From positions 14,570,001 through 14,615,562 of the forward strand of contig NC_091288.1 in NCBI RefSeq assembly GCF_032444005.1: a stretch of 45,562 nt of DNA. Direction: 5' to 3'. Below the pieces are notes generated by a model. The model did no database searches. It saw only the letters and a list, made by a program, of their open reading frames with translations, and was not told where the DNA came from. How positions within the stretch are numbered: the first letter of the stretch is position 1; every line of letters starts with the position of its first letter. The position numbers and the translations under genes were made by a program. Positions 1-12,515 of this stretch are shown here, piece after piece. Source of the stretch: Ranitomeya imitator (Eukaryota).

Positions 1-59
1 GTAGCATCGACGCTTCATCATAAACTCCATGTAAACCCCGGCGTCCACCCTGAGATCAG
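1..59 (-). CDS. prkag3: AMPK gamma subunit (prkag3-like) coding exon, truncated by window edge, entering the first CBS region
   Basis: Acceptor cttctcccccAG, then (A)DLRVDAGVYMEFMMKRRCY. This matches the 'VYMxFMxxHxCY' segment before CBS1 of AMPK gamma subunits. The gamma-3 call rests on linkage to ttll4. Confidence 0.75.
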
Positions 60-697
60 CTGGGGGAGAAGAGAATAAATTACAGAGCATGAAAAATACC
101 GCCATATGTGTGCTAGGGGAAGTTCAGACTATACAACTGCAGACAGGGGCACGCACAACACATCCCAGCTCCGTTCATTAAAGTGACAGCGTCCAAAATA
201 AAACAAATATGGTGATAAAATCCCCTGTATAAGAGACATAGGGAAGACTCACATATAAGATAAGAAAACCTCCAGAAATGCGAGCGCGCTGGATTATCGG
301 ACTCTGGATTATCAGACGTCTGGATTAAAGGAATTCATAGAATAAAATGCATTTTTAAACGTGGCACTAACATCCATAAAGAGAAAGGGCAGCAAATCTG
401 AAAATCCCCGATGCTGCCCGGCAAAGTCATCCACACATAACAGATATCAGCGGGATGACAAGGTAGTGTGAACGAGGGCTAAATAAAGCCTGACCATACA
501 CCAGAGATAATGGATGGCACTTACCACCCTCCCCTGCCCCCCGGGCCATTAACGTGCCAGCTCTGCTTGGCAGAATCTGCGTGGTGATTCCTATGGAGGG
601 GGCACGGTATGCGGGAGAGCGGCAGAGCCATTCACTGAGCGGAATACAATGCAGAACATATAATGCTGGCACAATAATGTCTCTAAGTCAGTGCGCT

Positions 698-3600
698 CAG
701 GGATGTTATCAATAACTATTCACTGCCCTAGACCACCAGGGATGTTATCAATAACTATTCACCTATTCACTGCCCTAGACCACCAGGGATGTTATCAATA
801 ACTATTCACTGTCCTAGACCACCAGGGATGTTATCAATAACTATTCACCTATTCACTGCCCTAGACCACCAGGGATGTTATCAATAACTATTCACTGCAA
901 TAGACCACCAGGGATGTTATCAATAACTATTCACTGCAATAGACCACCAGGGATGTTATCTATAACTATTCACTGCAATAGACCACCAGGGATGTTATCA
1001 ATAGCTATTCACTATCCTAGACCACCAGGGATGTTATCAATAACTATTCACTGTCCTAGACCACCAGGGATGTTATCAATAACTATTCACTGCAATAGAC
1101 CACCAGGGATGTTATCAATAACTATTCACTGCCCTAGACCACCAGGGATGTTATCAATAACTATTCACTGTCCTAGACCACCAGGGATGTTATCAATAAC
1201 TATTCACTGCAATAGACCACCAGGGATGTTATCAATAACTATTCACTGTCCTAGACCACCAGGGATGTTATCAATAACTATTCACTGCAATAGACCACCA
1301 GGGATGTTATCAATAACTATTCACTGCAATAGACCACCAGGGATGTTATCTATAACTATTCACTGCAATAGACCACCAGGGATGTTATCAATAGCTATTC
1401 ACTATCCTAGACCACCAGGGATGTTATCAATAACTATTCACTGCAATAGACCACCAGGGATGTTATCAATAACTATTCACTATCCTAGACCACCAGAGAT
1501 GTTATCAATAACTATTCATTGTCCTATACCGCCAGGGATGTTATCAATAACTATTCACTGTCCTAGACCACCAGGGATGTTATCAATAACTATTCACTGT
1601 CCTAGACCACCAGGGATGTTATCAATAACTATTCACTGCCCTAGACCACCAGGGATGTTATCAATAACTATTCACTGTCCTAGACCACCAGGGATGTTAT
1701 CAATAGCTATTCACTGTCCTAGACCACCAGGGATGTTATCAATAACTATTCACTGCAATAGACCACCAGGGATGTTATCAATAACTATTCACTGGCCTAG
1801 ACCACCAGGGATGTTATCAATAACTATTCACTGCAATAGACCACCAGGGATGTTATCAATAACTATTCACTGGCCTAGACCACCAGGGATGTTATCAATA
1901 ACTATGCACTGCCCTAGACCACCAGGGATGTTATCAATAACTATTAATTGTCCTATACCGCCAGGGATGTTATCAATAACTATTCACTGACCCTAGACCG
2001 CCAGGGATGTTATCAATAACTATTCACTGACCCTAGACCACCAGGGATGTTATCAATAACTATTCACTGACCCTAGACCACCAGGGATGTTATCAATAAC
2101 TATTCACTGACCCTAGACCACCAGGGATGTTATCAATAACTATTCACTGACCCTAGACCACCAGGGATGTTATCAATAACTATTCACTGACCCTAGACCA
2201 CCAGGGATGTTATCAATAACTATTCACTGACCCTAGACCACCAGGGATGTTATCAATAACTATTCACTGACCCTAGACCACCAGGGATGTTATCAATAAC
2301 TATTCACTGACCCTAGACCACCAGGGATGTTATCAATAACTATTCACTGTCCTAGACCACCAGGGATGTTATCAATAACTATTCACTACCCTAGACCACC
2401 AGGGATGTTATCAATAACTATTCACTATCCTAGACCACCAGGGATGTTATCAATAACTATTCACTGTCCTAGACCACAAGGGATGTTATCAATAACTATT
2501 CATTGTCCTATACCGCCAGGGATGTTATCAATAACTATTCACTGTCCTAGACCACAAGGGATGTTATCAATAACTATTCACTGCCCTAGACCACCAGGGA
2601 TGTTATCAATAACTATTCACTATCCTAGACCACCAGGGATGTTATCAATAACTATTCTCTGTCCTAGACCACCAGGGATGTTATCAATAACTATTCACTG
2701 CCCTATACCACCAGGGATGTTATCAATAACTATTCACTGCCCTAGACCACCAGGGATGTTATCAATAACTATTCACTGCCCTAGACCACCAGGGATGTTA
2801 TCAATAACTATTCACTGCCCTATACCACCAGGGATGTTATCAATAACTATTCACTGCCCTAGACCACCAGGGATGTTATCAATAACTATTCACTATCCTA
2901 GACCACCAGGGATGTTATCAATAACTATTCACTATCCTAGACCACAAGGGATGTTATCAATAACTATTCACTATCCTAGACCACAAGGGATGTTATCAAT
3001 AACTATTCACTGTCCTAGACCACCAGGGATGTTATCAATAACTATTCACTGCCCTATACCACCAGGGATGTTATCAATAACTATTCACTGCCCTAGACCA
3101 CCAGGGATGTTATCAATAACTATTCACTGCCCTAGACCACCAGGGATGTTATCAATAACTATTCACTGCCCTATACCACCAGGGATGTTATCAATAACTA
3201 TTCACTGCCCTAGACCACCAGGGATGTTATCAATAACTATTCACTATCCTAGACCACCAGGGATGTTATCAATAACTATTCACTGTCCTAGACCACCAGG
3301 GATGTTATCAATAACTATTCACTGACCCTAGACCACCAGGGATGTTATCAATAACTATTCACTGACCCTAGACCACCAGGGATGTTATCAATAACTATTC
3401 ACTGTCCTAGACCACCAGGGATGTTATCAATAACTATTCACTGCCCTAGACCACCAGGGATGTTATCAATAACTATTCACTGCCCTAGACCACCAGGGAT
3501 GTTATCAATAACTATTCACTATCCTAGACCACAAGGGATGTTATCAATAACTATTCACTGTCCTAGACCACCAGGGATGTTATCAATAACTATTCACTGT

Positions 3601-3862
3601 CCCTAGACCACCAGGGATGTTATCAATAACTATTCACTGTCCTAGACCACCAGGGATGTTATCAATAACTATTCACTGTCCTAGACCACCAGGGATGTTA
3701 TCAATAACTATTCACTGTCCTAGACCACCTGGGATGTTATCAATAACTATTCATTGTCCTATACCGCCAGGGATGTTATCAATAACTATTCACTGCACTA
3801 GACCACAAGGAACGTTATCAATATTCCACTACTATAGATCACTAGGGATGTTATCAATAGCC
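698..3862. repeat. 39-bp minisatellite, about 80 copies (ATGTTATCAATAACTATTCACTGCCCTAGACCACCAGGG), in prkag3 intron 2
   Basis: Direct tandem periodicity; includes a block of 40-bp variants (...CTGACCCTAG...) near 1976-2325; explains the MLSITIHCPRPPG ORFs. Confidence 0.98.
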
Positions 3863-4003
3863 ATTTATTTGATAGAAGGATCGAAGACAATGATGTTACA
3901 CAGCGGACCCCTGGTGTTTGAGTCTTCACCTGGATTAATATACAGAGAAGATTAGTATTTCTCTGTGATGAGAGACCCCCAAGTGGCATCTGATAACGAT
4001 TAC

Positions 4004-4049
4004 CTGGAGTGGGGAGGAGCGGGAAACTCGGGCCAAGGAACATTTCTTC
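4004..4049 (-). CDS. prkag3: prkag3-like coding exon 2 (EEMFLGPSFPLLPTP)
   Basis: tttttcaatAG acceptor and G|GTAATC donor; 46 bp, phase 0 in and phase 1 out, fitting both neighbouring exons. It is the unique island between two satellites. Confidence 0.6.
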
Positions 4050-4269
4050 CTATTGAAAAAAGACAAACAGTTACTGACGTCAAATAATTCAAAGTTATAG
4101 GTTTATAATATAATTTTGGCATTACATTTTTGGCAGTATTATTTCAGCACGGTGTGGTAATGTGATGTCGGCATCTGCCCCCTGGGCGCTGTATGGCAAT
4201 GTTATGGGATTTTTGTGTCTGGTAGATTTATATATAGGTTATTAATTTGATACAGTATGGACTTATTAT

Positions 4270-7200
4270 TAGAGAATTGCATGGGGTAATATATGGGCAG
4301 TGTATGGGGACATCATTCATATACTGTATGGGGTAATATATAGGCAGTGTATGGAGTCATCATTCATATACTGTATGGGGTAATACATGGGCAGTATATG
4401 GAGTCATCATTCATATACTGTATGGGATAATACATGGACAGTGTATGGGGTCATCATTCATATACTGCACGGGGTAATATATGGGCAGTGTATGGGGTCA
4501 TCATTCATATACTGTATGGACTAATATATGGGCAGTGTATGGAGTCACCATTCATATACTGTATGGGGTAATACATGGGTAGTGTATGGGGTCATCATTC
4601 ATATACTGTATGGGGTAATACATGGGTAGTGTATAGGGTCATCATTCATATACTGCACGGGGTAATACATGGGCAGTGTATGGAGTCATCATTCATATAC
4701 TGTATGGGGTAATATATGGGCAGTGTATGGGGTCATCATTCATATACTGTATGGGGTAATACATGGGTAGTGTATAGGGTCATCATTCATATACTGTATG
4801 GGGTAATATATGGGCAGTGTATGGGGTCATCATTCATATACTGTATGGACTAATATATGGCCATGTATGGGGTCATCATTCATATACTGTATGGGGTAAT
4901 ATATAGGCAGTGAATGGAGTCATCATTCATATACTGTATGGGGTAATACATGGGCAGTGTATGGAGTCATCATTCATATACTGTATGGAGTAATATATGG
5001 GCAGTGTATGGAGTCACCATTCATATACTGTATGGGGTAATACATGGGCAGTGTATGGGGTCATCATTCATATACTGTATGGGGTAATATATGGGCAGTG
5101 TATGGGGTCATCATTCATATACTGTATGGGGTAATATATGGGCAGTGTATGGGGACATCATTCATATACTGTATGGAGTAATACATGGGCAGTGTATGGG
5201 GCCATCATTCATATACTGTATGGGGTAATACATGGGCAGTATATGGAGTCATCATTCATATACTGTATGGGATAATACATGGACAGTGTATGGGGTCATC
5301 ATTCATATACTGCACGGGGTAATATATGGGCAGTGTATGGAGTCACCATTCATATACTGTATGGGGTAATACATGGGTAGTGTATGGGGTCATCATTCAT
5401 ATACTGTATGGGGTAATACATGGGTAGTGTATAGGGTCATCATTCATATACTGCACGGGGTAATACATGGGCAGTGTATGGAGTCATCATTCATATACTG
5501 TATGGGGTAATATATGGGCAGTGTATGGGGTCATCATTCATATACTGTATGGGGTAATACATGGGTAGTGTATAGGGTCATCATTCATATACTGTATGGG
5601 GTAATATATGGGCAGTGTATGGGGTCATCATTCATATACTGTATGGACTAATATATGGCCATGTATGGGGTCATCATTCATATACTGTATGGGGTAATAT
5701 ATAGGCAGTGTATGGAGTCATCATTCATATACTGTATGGGGTAATACATGGGCAGTGTATGGAGTCATCATTCATATACTGTATGGAGTAATATATGGGC
5801 AGTGTATGGAGTCACCATTCATATACTGTATGGGGTAATATATGGGCAGTGTATGGGGTCATCATTCATATACTGTATGGGGTAATACATGGGTAGTGTA
5901 TAGGGTCATCATTCATATACTGTATGGGGTAATATATAGGCAGTGTATGGAGTCATCATTCATATACTGTATGGGGTAATACATGGGCAGTGTATGGGGT
6001 CATCATTCATATACTGTATGGAGTAATACATGGGTAGTGTATGGGGTCATCATTCATATACTGTATGGGGTAATATATGGGCAGTGTATGGGGTCATCAT
6101 TCATATACTGTATGGGGTAATACATGGGTAGTGTATAGGGTCATCATTCATATACTGTATGGGGTAATATATGGGCAGTGTATGGGGTCATCATTCATAT
6201 ACTGTATGGACTAATATATGGCCATGTATGGGGTCATCATTCATATACTGTATGGGGTAATATATGGGCAGTGTATGGAGTCACCATTCATATACTGTAT
6301 GGGGTAATACATGGGCAGTGTATGGGGTCATCATTCATATACTGTATGGAGTAATATATGGGCAGTGTATGGGGCCATCATTCATATACTGTATGGGGTA
6401 ATATATGGGCAGTGTATGGGGTCATCATTCATATACTGTATGGAGTAATACATTGGTAGTGTATGGGGTCATCATTCATATACTGTATGGGGTAATATAT
6501 GGGCAGTGTATGGAGCCATCATTCATATACTGTATGTGGAAATATATGGGCAGTGTATGGGGCCATCATTCATATACTGTATGGGGTAATATATGGGCAG
6601 TGTATGGAGTCATCATTCATATTCTGTATGGAGTAATATATGGGCAGTGTATGGGGCCATCATTCATATACTGTATGGGGTAAAATATGGGCAGTGTATG
6701 GGGTCATCATTCATATACTGTATGGGGTAATATATGGGCAGTGTATGGGGTCATCATTCATACACTGCACGGGGTAATATATGGGCAGTGTATGGGGTCA
6801 TCATTCATATACTGTATGGGGTAATATATGGGCAGTGTATGGGGTCATCATTCATATACTGTATGGGGTAATACATGGGTAGTGTATGGGGCCATCATTC
6901 ATATACTGTATGGGGTAATACATGGGCAGTGTATGGGGTCATCATTCATATACTGTATGGACTAATATATGGCCATGTATGGGGGTCATCATTCATGTAC
7001 TGTATGGGGTAATAAATAGGCAGTGTATGGAGTCATCATTCATATACTGTATGGGATAATACATGGACAGTGTATGGGGTCATCATTCATATACTGTATG
7101 GGGTAATAATGGGGGTAATATATGTGCAGTGTATGGGGTCATCATTCATATTCTGTATGGGGTAATATATGGGCAGTCTATGGAGTCATCATTCATATAC

Positions 7201-7930
7201 TGTATGGAGTAATATATGGGCAGTGTATGGGGCCATCATTCATATACTGTATGGGGTCATAATTCATATACTGTATGGGGTAATATATGGGCAGTGTATG
7301 GAGTCATCATTCATATTCTGTATGGAGTAATATATGGGCAGTGTATGGAGTCATCATTCATATTCAGTAGGGGGTAATATATGGGCAGTGTATGGGGTCA
7401 TCATTCATATGCTGTATGGGGTAATACATGGACAGTGTATGGGGCCATCATTCATATACTGTATGGGGTAATACATGGACAGTGTATGGGGCCATCATTC
7501 ATATACTGTATGGGGTAATACATGGGCAGTGTATGGGGTCATCATTCATATACTGTAAGGGGTAATACATGGACAGTGTATGGGGCCATCATTCATATAC
7601 TGTATGGGGTAATACATGGACAGTGTATGGGGCCATCATTCATATACTGTATGGGGTAATACATGGACAGTGTATGGGGTCATCATTCATATACTGTAAG
7701 GGGTAATATATGGGCAGTGTATGGAGTCATCATTCATATACTGTATGGGGTATTATTTGGGCAGTGTATAGAGTCATCATTCATATACTGTATGGGGTAT
7801 TATTTGGGCAGTGTATAGAGTCATCATTCATATACTGTATGGGGTAATATTTAGGCAGTGTATGGGTCCATCATTCATATATTATATGTGGGTAATATAT
7901 GGACCGTGTATGGGGTCATAATTCATATAT
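4270..7930. repeat. 47-bp minisatellite, about 78 copies (CATCATTCATATACTGTATGGGGTAATATATGGGCAGTGTATGGGGT), in prkag3 intron 1
   Basis: Period 47 (ATACTGTATG at 4321 and 4368); degenerate at both edges. Confidence 0.97.
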
Positions 7931-8409
7931 TGTATAGGGGTAATATTTAGGGAACATATGGATATTTTAATTGGCCTCTGTGTATTTTTGAGTTGAATGT
8001 TACATGGAGCAGAACTATACTGCGTTATTCGAGGCTCTATTATGGGAATGCAAGTGGCTTTATCTGGGTGTTGTATGAGGTGTATTTTGGACATAGTTTG
8101 CAGTATAATTTGAGGACTTTACAATTTATCATTGGATGCTGTATGGGGAAATTACTGGGGTGCGGTATGGGTTAGTATTCGGGCGCTGTACAGGGAGTTA
8201 TTTGGGGAATGTATGAAGCATTATTTCATCACCACGTACGGAGTTTTTGGGGAAATATTTTAGCTCTATATAAGGTACAATTTCATTATTTCGCACTGCA
8301 TGATGTATGATTTAGTTACTTTATGGACTACAAGTATTTTACGCAACATTTTGTTTGGGGGTCACCATAGATTATGTGTGATTCTCTAATAAATAAAAAT
8401 GCTTCAGCC

Positions 8410-9021
8410 GTCAGTGTCCAGCAGATTCATCCACCTGTCAGGATCGTCAGCGTCCAGCAGATTCATCCACCTGTCAGGATCGTCAGCGTCCAGCAGATTC
8501 ATCCACCTGTCAGGATCATCAGCGTCCAGCAGATTCATCCACCCGTCAGGATCGTCAGCGTCCAGCAGATTCATCCACCCGTCAGGATCGTCAGCGTCCA
8601 GCAGATTCATCCACCCGTCAGGATCGTCAGCGTCCAGCAGATTCATCCACCTGTCAGGATCGTCAGCGTCCAGCAGATTCATCCACCTGTCAGGATCGTC
8701 AGCGTCCAGCAGATTCATCCACCTGTCAGGATAGTCAGCGTCCAGCAGATTCATCCACCTGTCAGGATAGTCAGCGTCCAGCAGATTCATCCACCTGTCA
8801 GGATCGTCAGCGTCCAGCAGATTCATCCACCTGTCAGGATCGTCAGCGTCCAGCAGATTCATCCACCTGTCAGGATCATCAGCGTCCAGCAGATTCATCC
8901 ACCTGTCAGGATCGTCAGCGTCCAGCAGATTCATCCACCTGTCAGGATCGTCAGCGTCCAGCAGATTCATCCACCTGTCAGGATCGTCAGCGTCCAGCAG
9001 ATTCATCCACCTGTCAGGATC
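8410..9021. repeat. 36-bp minisatellite, 17 copies (GTCAGCGTCCAGCAGATTCATCCACCTGTCAGGATC)
   Basis: 612 bp equals 17 x 36; near-identical units; explains the overlapping ORFs at 8374-9072. Confidence 0.98.
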
Positions 9022-9113
9022 GGTGATGGTCTTTCACTCATAAAGATAACTGACTGTCAGCCGAACATCTGAGCCGGAATCTGATGCTTTGCTCGACCTT
9101 TCTCTGATAAGCC

Positions 9114-9264
9114 GCACATGTACAGTATATACAGCATACACACCATATATACCATACACACCATATATACCATCCTTTCAGACTGGAGGCACATGTACAG
9201 TATATACAGCATACACACCATATATACCATACACACCATATATATCTTCCTTTCAGACTGGAGG
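9114..9264. repeat. 75-bp tandem duplication with internal CATACACACCATATATAC repeats
   Basis: GCACATGTACAG at 9114 and 9189; both copies end in TTTCAGACTGGAGG. Confidence 0.85.
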
Positions 9265-9580
9265 GCAAAATATCACTGTAACGGGCACACAGGGAAGAGC
9301 AGCCATAACACGGGCAACTCGAGCGTCTCCAGCTCTGTAGAACTAGAAGTCCCAGTGCAATGAGTGCTGTATCAGAGCTGCGCTGAGCGAGGCCTATGTA
9401 GCAGAGCGGAGCAATGCCGCATGCAGCAAGAATGGGTTTGTCATGTTATATGGTGACGTTATTACTCCACGCATCTTAATGAAAGTTACCTGGCGCATTC
9501 GGCTCTGCTACATCTGTACATGGGGAAGGTAAAGCAGCTTTTCTGCATGAATGTGATGAGAACCGTGCAGGAGTGATTAC

Positions 9581-9613
9581 CTGTTGGGCGTCATCCTCGT
9601 CCATAATGTCCAT
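9581..9613 (-). CDS. prkag3: prkag3-like first coding exon (MDIMDEDDAQQ)
   Basis: Good Kozak context (cAgcATGG), 33 coding bp, CAG|GTAATC donor, phase 0. As I recall, human PRKAG3 exon 1 also encodes 11 residues. Confidence 0.55.
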
Positions 9614-9619
9614 GCTGAA

Positions 9620-10290
9620 GCCTTGGGATGGGGGTCAGTCACCCCCGCTGCCTCCAGAGCTGCAATCCTCCCATCCTGGGTCCTTGCACACACATCAGCC
9701 CTTCTTTCCTTATGTGGGTCTAGTTCTTCTACAGCAAAGTGTCAATCCCAGAGAGCAATGCACTAAATGGGTCACTCAGGCAGCTGCTTGCTTCTTAGCC
9801 CCCCTCCCCCATCTATAAGCTTTATCCCCCTCTGCTCCTCAGTAATATCTGCCCCCCAGCTCCTTGTTGCCCCCCAGACCCTCTGCTCATTCTCTTGGCT
9901 CCCAGGCTGTGTCCTCAGCCTCTGAATCTGTCCCTTCCCTCTGATTCCTCCTCTTCCTCTCTCCCCCTCCTTGCAGGTTGTGGAGATAACATTTGCTCCT
10001 AGGATAGAATGTCATTGCTGGGCTGCTTGGCAGGGTGCATTGGTGCAGGGTAGCCCCCCAGCTGTGGCTGCTCTGTGCACCTGCTGTGGATATGCCCCCT
10101 ATAATCCCAGCACATTCCCAGTCCCATATTTCACATGAACCCCCCCCCCCCCAGCTGAATCATCACATATGGGGTGGGGGTGGGGGTGGGGGTGGGGGTG
10201 GGGGTGGGGGTGGGGGGGGGGGGGGGGGCTTCATGCATGCAATATAGGAGTGCTGCAATAAATGCCCCCCCCCCAGCTGTAACGGTATGA
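9620..10290 (-). promoter_or_regulatory. Putative prkag3 5'UTR/promoter with E-box cluster
   Basis: Immediately upstream of the ATG exon; CAGCTG at 9781, 10059, 10152 and 10274, CACCTG at 10078. Function is inferred. Confidence 0.35.
10171..10228 (+). repeat. (GGGGGT)n plus poly-G tract, G-quadruplex-capable
   Basis: Read directly from the sequence. Confidence 0.9.
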
Positions 10291-11127
10291 GCAGTGGGAG
10301 CAGCATTGGTGCATGGATGTGTCTGCTGCAACATTGTATCGTCTATGTTTAATAATATGTAACACACAGGACAAATATTGTCTCTTATCATGATGGCGCA
10401 TTGCACAGCGCAGGGGCAGACATTGGGGCAACCTGGGGCCCAAGAGGTAAAGGGCCCAAATCAGGTGGAATTGTGCAGGATACTAAGCTATTGGACCGAA
10501 GGAAGATTTACCAATATATCTCAATTAACCTAAAGGCATAGTGCTTCCCCATGTGGCACAAAAATAATTAAATAACGAGAAAAAAAACAAACAAGATTGT
10601 GCCGGGGATGAAATATATCACAAGAATCAATTAAAAAGTAAAATGTTATTGTATGGGTTCATTAAGAACATGTATATGCAAAATAATTAGAGCAAACACC
10701 AGAAGACAACGACTCGTGTGATAGTATTATGTGTGCACTATAGTTCATGTTAATGCTTTCAATGAGAATATTGTGTGTCGACACTATATGGCGGTATTAT
10801 GTATGCACCTGGAATAAATAGCTAGTGTTATGTGTGCACTGTAGGGCACGGTTATGTTTTCACCTTATGTCACTATTGTACAGAGGTGCCATACGGCATT
10901 TATGACTCAATATTAGACCTAGATTTATCTCTCTGACGTCCTGTGTATAAGTGGAGCCAGGATTTCCGCATTCACCTCGTTTTCTTGTCCTTCGCTTCGT
11001 TCTCCTGTTTTCCAGCTCCATCATCAGCGCGGCTGATACTTATTATTACCACTTGTTCCCAGCGTCCTCTGTTAATATGTAACGAACTGGATGATCAAGA
11101 ACAAAAAGTCACATAGGAAATAAGGAG

Positions 11128-11129
<2 letters not shown>

Positions 11130-11201
<72 letters not shown>

Positions 11202-11964
11202 TTGCCTAAGGGGTACTTCCGTCTGACTATCGCGGAAAACACAGGTGCCTAGGCAGCATCAATAGTGAAAACATATAATGTTAAAAATAATTAAAAAAAA
11301 TAAAAATCATTATATTCTCACCTTCCGGGGCCTGTCCCGCTCCTCGCGAGGCTCCAGTCCCAAGAATGCATTGCGGCAATGACCCCAGATGACGTAGCGG
11401 TCTCGCAAGACCACTATATCATCACGTGTTATTGCCGCAATGCATTCTTGGGACTGGAGCATCGCTAAACGCCTGTGCTGGATACGGGGACCGTCGGAAG
11501 GTGAGTATATAACTATTTTTTAATTTTAAGGTTTTTTTTTTTTAACAGGGATATGGTGCCCACATTGCTATATACTGCGTGAGCTGTGCTATACACTACG
11601 TGGGCTGTTATATACTGCGTGAGCTGTGCTATATACTACGTGGGCTGTGTTATATACTACGTCTCTGTGCTATATACTACGTGGGCTGCGCAATATACTA
11701 TGTGGGCTGTGCTATATACCGCGTGAGCTGTGTTCTATACCGCGTGAGCTATGTTACATACCGCATGGGCTGTTATATACCGCGTGGGCTGTTATATACT
11801 GCGTGGGCTGTGCTATATACTACGTGGGCTGTGCTATATACTACCGTGGGCTGTGCTATATACTACCGTGGGCTGTTATTGTGTTATATACTGCGTGGGC
11901 TGTGTTATATACTACTATACATATTCTAGAATACCCGATGCGTTAGAATCGGGCCACTTTCTAG
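11130..11964 (+). mobile_element. Non-autonomous Helitron, copy 1, with 5' end inside an (AT)n tract and an internal ~21-bp minisatellite (about 11565-11915)
   Basis: 3' hairpin CCCGAT-8nt-ATCGGG followed by CTAG|T at 11961-11965; 5' (TA)n-AATTGCCTAAGGG..ACTTCCGTCT shared with the copy at 43535. Confidence 0.8.
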
Positions 11965-12008
11965 TAATATATAATAAAGAATTGACAGTATCACACATGA
12001 TTGGCTAA

Positions 12009-12287
12009 GGCTACGTTCACATTAGCGTTGCGCGCCGCTGCGTCGGCGACGCAACGCACGACGCACAAAAAAACGCGCGCAAAAACGCTGCGTTTTGCGA
12101 CGCGTGCGTCGTTTTTTGACGAAAATCGGACGCACGAAAAATGCAACTTGTTGCATTTTCTTGCGTCCGACGCTAGCGTCGGAAACGACGCACGTGTCGG
12201 AAAACGCAACAAAAAAAACGCACGCGTCCCCCATGTTAAACATAGGGGCGCGTCGCCGCTGCGTCGCCGACGCAACAGCGACGCACA
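12009..12287. mobile_element. PIF/Harbinger-type palindromic MITE, right end truncated
   Basis: TAA|GGCTACGTTCACA left terminus; CpG-rich internal inverted repeats; no matching right TIR. Confidence 0.6.
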
Positions 12288-12334
12288 TTATTGTATCACT
12301 GTATCAAACAGGATAGGCTTTGCTCATGGCATTG

Positions 12335-12515
12335 AACATGATTAGATACACAGCTCAGCTGACAGTATGACACAGGATAGGATTAGAAACACAGCTCAGC
12401 TAACAGTATCACACAGGATAGGATTAGATACACAGCTCAGCAGACATTAATCACACATGATGGGATTAGATACACGGCTCAGCAGACAGTATCACACAAG
12501 ATAGGATTAGATACT
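12335..12515. repeat. 41-bp tandem repeat, about 4 copies (GACAGTATCACACAGGATAGGATTAGATACACAGCTCAGCA)
   Basis: ATTAGA at 12341, 12382 and 12423; a partial unit also lies near 11984-12005. Confidence 0.85.

Noticed and set aside
875-3955. Long ORFs of MLSITIHCPRPPG repeats
   Set aside because: They arise from a stop-free 39-bp unit, are antisense within a prkag3 intron, and are broken by 40-bp units.
8374-9072. 200-232 aa repeat proteins (MNLLDADDPDRW, VSVQQIHPPVRI), or an extra prkag3 exon
   Set aside because: A 36-bp unit open in several frames explains them, and the flanking exons already join in phase.
10131-10406. PTPTPT-containing ORF
   Set aside because: It is a translation of the (GGGGGT)n tract.
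11991-12345. Four overlapping Arg/Ala-rich ORFs
   Set aside because: They lie in a CpG-rich palindromic MITE that is naturally poor in stop codons.
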